Of a DNA stretch of 64,000 nucleotides, positions 38,801 through 50,800 are shown piece after piece. Position 1 is the first letter of the stretch; every line of letters starts with the position of its first letter. Under the pieces are notes generated by a model. It was not told the origin of the DNA. It searched no databases and worked only from the letters and a program-made list of their open reading frames with translations. The position numbers and the translations under genes are program-made. Source of the stretch: Callorhinchus milii (lineage: Eukaryota); the NCBI RefSeq assembly GCF_018977255.1, contig NW_024704747.1, positions 24,924,001 through 24,988,000 of the forward strand, in the 5' to 3' direction.

Positions 38801-41800
38801 TATAGCAAGTGTAATGGTAATTGTTATTATTTAATCCGATGAGACTTGCCATTCACTTGCCTACTTTCTTAATGCTTTGATATTTTTATCTTGATTACCT
38901 ATCTCTTAGCTATTCTTTCACACCCTTCCCTACAATGTTTAAATATTTGCTGCACTCAGTTTTCTAGCCTGTCTATTCAGATGTAGGCAAACCCGACTAA
39001 CCCTTTCCTTCCTCCCTCCAAAACTTATCCCTGGCTTCCTTACTCTGTGTCACCAATTATGACCCAAGTTGATTGCCAAGCCTAATGTTTCAGTGGATCC
39101 TTCTGGTGCTGCCCATAACTATTCAGTTGTCTCATTTGGGACCTCTGTCATCCTGTGAGGGAGAATCACCAGGGACTCTCTCTCTTTGCATTTCTTTTTA
39201 TGAGCGCAGTGCCCGGACTGTCTCACTGCCTTTGCACTAACAGGTCCAGTGAGATGTCTTTGTGCCTTTATCTTCTTTGAAGGAAATATCCAATCAAGAG
39301 TAGCAGGACTGCCTTTTTAATTTACGGTTAATTGATACCATTAAGTTGAAAGAGTCGCCAAATTGGTAGAGTTGGCATTGGTTAAACTCGTCACATGAAG
39401 ATGATCAGAAAAAAACCTTCATACATTTTCAACAGGAAGAAAAGCCTAAAATTATAAAATATTTCTAATTTGTTTCATTACAAATATTGGAAGCTTCAGT
39501 GAAATCAAATTACTTTCTCAGTTGCATTTCTCTCTCGCAATTGGGAGACTGGTGGAAAGGAGAGAACAGCAATTGGTTTTGAAACAAGCTTTTTTGATGT
39601 ATAGATAACAGGTTTATGTGACGCTGAGGTTCAAAACCATCTAGTTTTTGCTTTACGTCCGAAGTTCATGTTTAATGCAGAACTTTGCCCTCCAGACTTG
39701 TGGCAAAGCCTCAAGCAAAATATATTTATGTAGATATTTGAACTTAAATCCAAATCCCTGACTGTCCAAATAGGACATTCTCCTGGCATGAAAGGCGTTA
39801 TACACATCTAAGTTGTTGTTTATTTAACTTAGGTCTTTGAAAAATTTACAAAGGAGTCAACATCATTGCTGGATGAATTAGCATTAATTAATAATGGATC
39901 CGAGAGGGGTAGCCAGCAGGAGAAAGATAGGTAAGACAAAAATGTTTGTGATTGGTTATAATTTGTCTTCTTACAGTTTTGTTTAATCATCGCTATAATC
40001 CTGTCTATATTTCCCTTCAGTTCCTTGATAATTTTTCTTGTCACCTTAAACTCGCGATTACTTTCAAATTGTTGACTCAATGCACCGAACGTCAGAAATA
40101 TTTTCAGAAATATTTTCAGAAATATTTCCACCTAGTATTGATCTTGAAAGCTATATGTGCAGGAAGTGCCTTTTGAATAAGGAAGTGATGTCAGCAACAC
40201 TTCGTGCGAGTGCATTTGCTAAATGCACAGGAAGTGATGTCAGCATGGTTGATCCAATTGACCGTATTCTACTGCAATTGGTTGCAGAAGGGTTCGATTT
40301 TATTGTGGGATAACGTTTGCAGTGAAGCTCCACGCTTCTGAAATTGAAAGCGCTCTTCCTGATTTTAAGACCTACTTTCTAACACTTTCTAAATGCCTCT
40401 TCCCACTATGTCATGCAAACGAATGTAAACCGCTACAGTACAACGGTTTTACATATTTTAAAATCATAAAATCTGAACGACGAGTTGCTCCAAACTCGGG
40501 ACTGAAGAATAAACGAGATGAGTTGATGGTGAGACTCGTGACTCAAAGGAATGCAGCTCCATCAAGTCTGCAGAGTGTATGAGATGGCACAGTGTGAGGC
40601 CTCTTCCTTACAATTGAAGGCTGTTAAAGAAGTGAGGCCAACTGTTTAATTTAACAACAAGCAACATTCTTCTTACACTAGCCAGGGGAGGAAAATTGGC
40701 TGTCAAATTCCTGTCCACTGAGCTTTCTGTGTGCATGTCCATGTCCAAGTAAGTAGTTTTTTTTAAAAAAAAGTGGAGGAAAGAGAGGATACACGAATAG
40801 AGGTTGACATCTTGTGTGACAAATATCCCAGTGAGACTGACTGAATACGTCGATGTGGGTTATGGCTGCCCATTCAAACGCAGATACTCTTCATATCACA
40901 CACTAGGCTCCTGCCCAATTGAACATTTATAGTAGATTTTCAATTGAAAATAATACATTGTAATAAATATCTTGGAGCTAATGAACTCAGTTGAAACTGC
41001 TTTGTGATTTTCACCTGTAGAAATATTATTCCCTTCCCCCATATTTTCTCATTCCTGTCTCGAAGTAAATAGCACCGTAGAGTATTTTCATCTAAGCAAC
41101 TTCAATTTTGATAGCTTGTTAATGTTAATCCTGTATTCAATTAGATTCAAATCCAAGTCCAGACTGTTTTTACAAGTGGTATGTAATAGTCGTAAAGTGG
41201 TTCCTTCGGTTACCCGCGAGAGGCATAAATCATTCATCATACAAGACTTGCTGTGACATGGGGGGGCTGCCCAGTTCTTTCTCTCTTAAAACATTCTCTA
41301 GAGGCAGTGTAGAAGAGAGCAATGAAGCTTATCCCCAGTGTAAGAGGAATGAATAACAGTTTGACAATCTAGGGCTGTTCAATCCTGAAAAGAGACCTTT
41401 CAGGGGGGCCACTAGAGAGGTATTTAGAGCTGGATTGAAAAAGTAAACCTAGAACAAAACTTTCGGATGCACCCCAGACGTTGGCACAAGGGCACAGGTG
41501 GATCATATCTACAATAATCCAAATGATCCTGCTTGCAGATAAGTGATGGTATTCACTAGATTGTTACAGTTTAGGTCAGATGAAAAGGTCCGCACATGAT
41601 GTGAGTACTAACTTTATAATCAGATGTGCAAATCCCAGATGTGCAAGGTTAAGGTCAGTGGAAGAGATGGGGGAAGGATACAGTAACTGTTTCATGCAGT
41701 TAGATGGGACTTGCTTTTTGAGCGGTACCATCTAACTTTTCACTTGGGGGAAAAGCAAAATCTTGCCAAAAAAAACATTTGCAGTATCATTGTTCTTGTT

Positions 41801-44800
41801 GATGCTTTGCAAAATACTTGATGTTCCCTGAATATTTTGACGCAAGTCCTGCCATGCTATGTGCAGTTTTGGTTTCCATAAACTTTTAACACTTCTTTCT
41901 TAACATTTCCAGGCCAATAGAATATAGTTTTCTTCCTTCTGTGGATCCAGAAACAGTTTTACAGACGGGTAAGTTTGTACAATAATTTTTTTTTTTACAA
42001 TTTATAGTTGCCAAGGATTTATCCGACTCGAAGCAAAGTGTTTGGAACATTTTTAAAATGTTTCATCTGGATTGCTTCAGGTAGGGCCATGGGAATGGGA
42101 TGGGGAGAGAGGGCTAAGAGAGCCAGTGGAGGGGAAACGGGCTACAGATGATTGGGAGACATGGATTTTTTTTGTTGCTTGTCCAATCCTGACACCATCT
42201 GTAGAATAAACTGAGCAGTTTTAATGACCCAGGAGAAGGAATGTACAGATTTCCTGTGAATTCAGATTGCAAAATAAACAAGGTGCAAGTGTCTAGCATT
42301 GAACCAGTCGCTAACATAAGGTTTGCATTAGTTAAAGGTGTTAAACTGTCCCATGAGCTCCTTCGTGACTGTTTATTATATCAGGAACTAATGTAAAATT
42401 GTCACCAAAATAGTTTTGCAGAATGGGTTGGTAGCAAGTGGTGGCTGTGAACTGTGCCCAAAAAGCAGCAGCCGTTAGCGTCCATGTCATTCATCTGTGT
42501 CTCAGCAAGTATTCTTTTCAGTCATACATGATAAATAGTGCCTACTGACTGCTCCAAAGTCTCCTGTTTCAATCATGAAGCGAAATGAAATGAGCAGCAT
42601 AACTGAGCTATATATACAGCTGAATATTTAATAATTTTCTGACTTTTGCTCTGAAAGGTCACGAGCTTCTATCCGAGTTGCAGCAGCGTCGTTTTAATGG
42701 GTTAGAAGGTGGCATGTCGTGGTCACCAATGGACGATGAATTGTTAGCTCAACCCAAAGTCGTAAAACTGCTGGATTCTCTCCGAGAACAGTACACTCGA
42801 TATCAAGAGGTTTGCAGGCAGCGCAGCAAACGTACCCAACTAGAGGAAATACAGCAGAAAGTTATGCAGGTGTGTTGACAATTCTGAATGTGTTTGTACA
42901 TGGCTGAGTAAAGACCATTCTTGATCTTAAAATATCCATGATACTATTTAAAACATCCCCTCATCGTTTAAGATGTTTGATACATTCTGTGCTAGTATTT
43001 CTTTGAAACATTGTCTAAGAGCGGAGTAAAATTGATTCCTCTCGGGTTATAGTAATAACTTGTATGCACAAAGCATGAGTTGTGAGGTTTTGTGTTCCTC
43101 TCACAGAGGTGAGGGTGGTATTCATATCTGCTACATGAATGTGCAATACATATTGAAGTCTTTCTTGTGAAGGTAACTGGAGAGCCCTGAAAGGCTCAAT
43201 GTCCAGGAAGCTCCCGATTGAAATTAGGGAAATGAGTTGCCAAAGCACGTGCCCCATCATGAAGACAGCTTTCTGCTGTCTCAGATGTGGTGAATGTAAA
43301 AGGGCTATCATTGCGTGGGCAGTTCCTAAATAGTTAACTCAATAAAAAGTTTGCTGTATTTGGAGATCTAGTCCTCTGAATATCAAGATGTTACTTGCAT
43401 TTCAATATTTGTATTACTTAAAGCGTCTAGTACATAAATTTGTTCCTTTCAACTTTTCATTGTCAGTGGCAGTTGACAGCATCCCTTGGTACCAAGAGAT
43501 TTGGGATTTTTATTAATCCGTCCTTTGATGTAAATGAGAGATGACAAATATGAAAATACTAACTCGTTTCCAGGCTGTCATCTCTTCAGATGAGTTGACC
43601 TGCAGGTTAATGAGTAGAACTGCCCAAAGAATCATTCCAGGACAACTCGCTATGAATAAAAGATCACCGTCTTCGTCATCATGGAATCAAACACTGTAAA
43701 ATGGGGCATCAATCTTCCAGCTTGTTTAGCACTCTGAAATTTAAACCCTGTATGCGATTGATGTAAAAATCAGTTTCCTCCAAGCGACTATGCCATAATC
43801 ATGTATTCCTACCATAATCGATCAACATTATGTCGCTAGATTTTTTTTAAATGCCATACTTTGAAGGTTTTTTTGGTAAATAATTTCCCTCTCTCTCACT
43901 GCCTAAATGCATCTTCCTTGAGAAGACAGACAGCTTGTTCCCCGTGGCTTTTGAAACATCCATTAGGTGATGTACAGCTGGAGCACCTATTTATGTTGGC
44001 TCTGCTTCAATTTTCCTCAATTCCCTACTTTTTGGGAAAGTGCTTTGTTCTCACCCTGCATCTTCCTCTCCTTTCCCCTGGCTTTCACTCAGCAAGCCAC
44101 TTGCCTCCTTTCGCTTTGCATCTCTTTTGTCTCTCTCTTTCCTCCACCTCCATCCCCCATTCAAAATTAAGATCGGAAACTATCTAGAGTTATCACTGGG
44201 GATAAACACCACAGTGCTACTTCACGACAGTGTATTTATCACACTATCCTCCAATGTCACAAAAACACCTGCCACAAGGCGCAGCAATGCTTTGATGAGC
44301 GGTTGATGCCTGAACTACTTAAATGGAATGGCAAGTGTCTCAAAAATGTTTGTTTCCTGTTCTGATCTGATTCTATCACAATCACTGTTTATTTTCATTG
44401 GTATGTTTCACGTCCTGGCACTCAGGACCTTATCAGTAGTGTTAATTTTCAAGCTAGTAACCTCTATTCGATTGAAGTTGGTTATCAGAAATATTTTTGC
44501 ATTCTAGGTTGTGAACTGGTTGGAAGGACCTGGTTCAGAGCAGCTGAGGACCCAGTGGGGAATTGGTGATTCTATCCGAGCTTCACAAGCCTTGCAGCAA
44601 AAGCACGAGGAAATCGAAAGCCAGCACAGTGTAAGGAAAAAATGTTTTTGGATGATTTTTCTTTATTTGGAAAATGATTATATTCAGATACCTTACTTGA
44701 TGGGCTTTGACTTGGCCAATGTTTAAGAATGCTGGCTAGTTCAAGGCTCAGTGACATTAATTTTGTTTTTACATTTGTTTCAATTATTGTGTTTTCTGTC

Positions 44801-47800
44801 GAGGGAATAAAACAATTTTTGGAGAAATAATGGGGGGAAACTAAAAATACTGCATTTGCTTTGATAAAATGTCAGACAATTTATTATCGTATGTTTATTT
44901 TAAAATAAATGCTTTCTTATGGAATCTGTGATTTTCTTATTAAACACAGATGCAACAGGTCAGTTACTAAAAGCTTGGCATTAAATGGAAATATTCAACG
45001 TACTCAACATGCCTGGCAGAAATCATACTCATTAACATTGTGGGATTCCGGCATCCGGGTGTGTTTATTATTGGAGAGTTGAATGGCAAAAGTACATTTA
45101 TGTTATCCAAGCTGTGATTTGAAATGTGATGTAAGAAAAAAAGAGTTTTCAGAGTAGTCCAGGGCTATGCCAGTTAATTTTAATTTATTCTAAAGACGAT
45201 TGCTAGCACTGTTGTAATAAAGTGAAATTTATTTCTGGATTTGGGTTAATTTGTCGGACAGGTTTCTGCAGATGGCTGGAGAATGTAATCTCTGTTCTTG
45301 TATTCATCAATGTGGAATTAAGACATGGCACAACTATTCACTGAATACACATTTAACCCAGAAATGGTATAATTAACTGANTTTTTTGTATCCAAGTTTA
45401 CAATAAAGCACATTGCCTAGGTACAGAAAATCAAGACAATACAATGAAAGTTTTTACAGCCCTGAAATTGAATATATTCACAAAGTATCTAATTTTACAA
45501 AGCCTGATCAGCAACATAATAAAAGTGACATATTAAACTTGGTCAATTAACTTCATGGAAAAGTTAAATGCCTAGAGAGTACAAAATTGAATGGCAGTAT
45601 TTTCTCAAATCGTAGTAATTGATAGTGGCTGCGTGCAGCCCTTGTGCTGAATATTTATAAGATAGCAGAAAGGTTGGATTGTGTTGCAAGCAGTAATTCA
45701 TCCAAGATCTTACCAATTTCTTGGTCTGCTCAATTCTATAAGAAAGTTAAATTCCAAATAAGTGGTAAGCTTTTGCAGTTGTGTGGCTTGAATCATCCCC
45801 TATCCCTTTGTTTCCCGTAATTCATATTGCATTGAGAAGATATTTTATTGTTTATGTTGGCTGGGCATACGCAGCTACAAATTTCCACAACAGGACATCA
45901 TAAAACTACTTTTAGTGTATTTCTAAAATGTAGATTTTTCTTCTGCCAATTTAGGAGCCCAGTTCTGGCCTTTTTTTAATCAAAAAAATCCTTCAACGGA
46001 TTAAAACCACAGGTTTTCTTTGTTATCCATGAACAGAAAAGATGTTTTTCAATGGTGAATGAGAGCCCAAATATTCTTTAAAAAGAGAAAGTTGCCAATT
46101 ATAACAAAATTACATTTGCATAGCTCCTTTCACGTCGGGAGGACATCGCGAGGCGCTGGACAATTGGTGTTCCAGGAACTCCCTCCTCATCGGCCTTCCC
46201 AACTCTTCCCTTCACAAGCTGCAGATCATCCAACACTCTGCAGCTCATGTACTCTCACGCACCAGGCTCCGCGACCCCATCACTCCCACCCTCGCCCGAC
46301 TCCGCTGGCTCCCCATACCCCATAGGATTGAGTTCAAGATCCTCGTCCTCACTGCCCCCTCCTACCTCTCTGACCTGCTGACTCCCTACCAACCTGCCCG
46401 CTGCCTCTGTTCAGTGGGCTCTGGTCTGCTCCATGTCTCCCGCCCGACCTGCCCCACTATCGATGGCCGAGCTTTCAGCCTCTCTGCCCCCACACTCTGG
46501 AACTCCATCCCATGGTCCTTTCGCCTCGCTTCCTCCTTTGCCTCCTTCAAGGCTGGTCTCAAGACCCTTCTCTTCGATCATGCCTTTGTTCGCCCTCCCA
46601 TCTCTCTGCCTTCCCTCACCCCTACACCACCCCTTCCCCATGGTTGGGCCCCGACACTTGACTGTTCAGCGCTTTGGGACGTCCTCCCAACGTGAAAGGC
46701 ACTCAATAAATGTAATTTTGTTGTTGTTTCGGACCTGAGCTGCGAATCGGGGAGGGTGGAGGCCGGGGGTGGGGGGGGGTAGGGGGAAGGAGGGAGACAG
46801 AAGGCACGGTCGAAGAGGAGGGTCTTGAGATGGGTCAGTACAGTACTTGCATGAAGTACGTCTATAACAATGTCGCCTCACATAACTTCCAGGCGATTTA
46901 AAATGGTGACGAACCAATTTAATGCTGCATATTTGAATCTCCCAACATGTTTCACAAGTAATTAAAGGGTGTGATTTCAAGGCTGAATCTAATCCCAGGG
47001 CTTCAGATTCTTTTACTCAATCATGCAAGATTTACTCTGCTTGTAAAGTCATCTGAACTCTCTGATTCGTGTACATTATTATAATCGCTCCCTGCTGTCC
47101 ATTGTTCCATACATATTCTCTTTGGATGTAGTACAACACACGCCTAATCCTTTTCAAATAGAACAGTGAATTTAGATTGCAGACGCAGGGCACCAGTCGA
47201 CCAAAACATATTTAATGATTTTTTAATGACTTCTCCAGAGGGAGGGGTGGGGAGTGAAAAAGTTGCAACAAGTACGTAATCATTTGCAGACTATAATTAG
47301 TCAAATGTACAAATAAGGAGATGCAATTTCTTCCTTAAACAAGTTTCTAATCTGATTTTAAAGTACAAAGGCTTTTTTAAGCATGAATCCATTCCCTTCT
47401 CCCCTCCCGGAGATCTTAATCACACAGTCATAGTATAGCAGATGTAATTAACTTGTATTTTTTTCACATGCAAGTTGTCTTGCTAATAAGGATTTACAAG
47501 GATTTTAAAAAATGTATAATAAATTTAAATATCCCCTTTATAGTCTTGCAGGGTGTAGATTCTCTTGGCAAATCTCCTACATGGGCATTTTGCAACTGTC
47601 GTTAGGACATCTGGGAAAATGCAACGCAACAGAGATGAAGGACGAGCTAATCTACCCTGCTCTTGATCATTCATTCAAGGGTGGCAAGGAGCGGAGCAGT
47701 AAATCCTGTCATGATACTAAGAAAGTTAATTTAATTCCTCACTATAGTGCACCAGCCATATTGTGGCATTTTATTTTCTCTCCTATAGGGCTCTTATTCC

Positions 47801-50800
47801 TGCTGAGGTTACAGCTCCATGTGTTTCAGCCGGACTCCAGTACCTGAACCATGTGGCTGTTCTGCATATTTGAAGTACATTTAATTATCTGCAGATTAAT
47901 AATAATAATCATCCTTGAATTATATTCGTGGAGTCCTGTAGCTCAGTGGTTAGAGCACTCGCTTTGCAAGCGAGAGACCAGAGTTCAATTCCAGACAGAG
48001 CGAAACCCTGCACACGCTAATAGTAATCCCTCCAAAAAACAAAACAATAATAAATTGGTCATTTTCAATCCACGACTGTTTGTGGGACACTGATGTGCGC
48101 AATTGGCTGCCGTGTTTCGCCGACAAATATACAGTCAATTCACTTTAGTATATTCTGTGAAGCGCTTTGAGACGTCTAGAAGACATGAAAAGCGCTATAT
48201 CAAATTCAAGGATTATTATTATTATTGGACACAGTTCCTTACATGACTCAAAGCGAGATGCAGCAGCCAGTATGCCCACAACAGTGTCTTACAAACAGCA
48301 TATGAAATGAAACTACCACAGTGCATCACCATTGAACCCGATCATGTCCACACTTGATACGAGTGTGACACAAAAAGCAATCACTGCTGTAGAAAAGGAG
48401 AAATGTTGCCATGTTGATCTTCAGTGGGTCTCTGCTTTTTTTTGTGAATTTCTTTTACTGGAACCTCACCTTGTTCCTCTAATCTCATTGCAGGAATGGT
48501 TTGCAGTGTACGTGGAGCTTAATCAGCAAATCGCAGCACTGTTGAACGCGGGGGATGAAGAGGATTTGATTGAATTGAAGTCACTGCAACAGCAGCTGAG
48601 TGACGTCTGCTATCGACAGGCCAGTCAACTGGAGTTCAGACAGAACGTGCTACAGACTGCACTCGAATTCCATGGTATTTCCCAGGATGTAAGCTGCTTG
48701 TTACTAAAACCATTTAACACATTTTGGAAGTGGTTGCAAATTGAGTAGTTGTTTGCTAACAAAATTCTTTTGATGCGGCAGTAGTTAACAAAGATAGTAG
48801 GGGTGGGTTATTTTGCTCTGTTCATTTCATGAACTGAAGTGAATCTTTCTCTGCTAGTTGGAGCTGGAATTTATTTTCTGGGGCTATAATTTTCCATGTT
48901 TCAAATGTACTGTTATAATTAGATTTCTTAATATGCAATGACATTAAAATCATAGATTGCATTGTTTGTTTAACAGGGAAGGGGGGAGAATAGTGCTTTA
49001 TAGTAACACACTTTGAATGTATGTGTTTATGCAATTTAAATGATGAAGATTGTGAGTAAATAAGACTGTATATTTCTTGTATTTAAAAATGCTTAAGTCA
49101 TGTGAATTGGCTGTTCACAGTTGTCCCAGCAACTGGATGGGTTACTCGGGATGCTATGTGCTGACGTAGCACCAGCGGACGGAACGGCTATTCAGCAAAC
49201 ACTAAAACTCCTGGAGGAGAAACTGAAGAGTGTTGGTAAGGGTCAGAATTATACATACGCAGTGTAGGTTATTGATTAAATCGGATTGAATATGATTTAC
49301 GCACGTTTGCCTGCAATTCGTGTAAATCATATTAAATTTTGTGTCCCAACTGATATGGTTTATGCGAGTTTTACTGTATGAGATTTTACATGCTTAAAGT
49401 ACACCTGTATTGCATCTCAAGACAACCTGTCGTTTCCCCAATTTCATAATCCATCAGTGCAATCGTGCTAACCTAATGATCACACACCTGTGAGAACGTG
49501 GAGTTGGTAATGAGTCAATTGAACAGTGTGAAATGCAAGAGTCTGCAAATAGAGCTGTGGAGTGCTGAATTCTGAAGGGGAAATGTCTTCCATGAATTAT
49601 AGAGCGTTGCAGCACATTTGGGAGCCCTGCTCTGAGGTCTCTAAACAATGTTCAATATTTAAATTTCTATGTAGGAAATTGCTTGCGATTTGTGCCCATC
49701 TGCAATGGGTGCTTAATCTATTTTCATGGTTAATGCTGGGTAAATGACTTCTGTTATAGTTAATTGAAAAGATTATGAATGCATGAAGAGGTTGTCATGT
49801 GGGATTAGCACTTCCTCTCTAATTAATCATTCCATCTGATGTGCAGATTTCAAAAGTAGCCACTGCAGTTTAGATTAATTATGAAGAAAATGTTTCTGCA
49901 GTAGTTCAGGTTATTTAAAATGTTGATGAGCTAGTGAAAGCACCTTTGCTGCTGCAGATTGAATAAAGGATTAGTTTGAGCAAGGATTAATTTCAGTGAG
50001 TGGGTGTCGTAGTAGAAAATCATAGCATGTAAAATGCATAGCAATACTGCCATCACTAGCGTATATAGCATGTTGTAATGAAGTAGAACTTTAAAAGAAA
50101 ATTAAAAACACTGAAATGATCAAAATTCTAATAGCAAAGCTGCCTTATCCACTATCTCATAGCAATACTATAAGTTCCTCTTTTAAGCATCAAAAGTGAA
50201 TTGTGACAATGTTTATGAAGGTGTAAAAATGTAATTAGTGCAAGAGTAGGTATCACACGGTGCAGTTCTGACTTGATAAACTGATATTACGCTGATTCCG
50301 AGGTACCTAAAACTGTGCATGTTTAATCTAAGCTTGATGATATAACCTAACGTGGTGTGGATAATAAACCAGAACTGCTTGTGCTATCATCGACTGCAGT
50401 GAGATGTCAGAATGAGTTGTTAATAATGGTTTTAACTGTGCTGACTCTGGAAATTGATTGTAAGTTGTTTGCAGCTGTAATAAAAATAAGATCTGCTGTT
50501 TGAACTACCAAGATGGGCTGCTATAGGGATCAGATTTATTGCAGGTGGCTTAGATTTTTTGCAGTAATAGGTGATCTGCTAAGGTTAAACTTTAAATATA
50601 TTATGAAGGAGAACAAAAGAGAGATTTGGTTTTACTTTGCATTTGGTCAATGAACATCTGACATCATCATTGAGTATCGAATAGAAAAATGTTTCATCCA
50701 TTCGGAACAGAGTGAGAGCATTAAAAACAAATTACAAAAATAGTTTGCATATTTCTGAAGTTTACTTTTGTTTGCACTGCAACAAAGCCAGACTAGACTT

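Noticed and set aside
47928-48000. tRNA-Ala(TGC) gene
   Set aside because: D arm and anticodon arm are present, but there is no proper acceptor stem or T stem and the sequence runs into a SINE body; it is a SINE head
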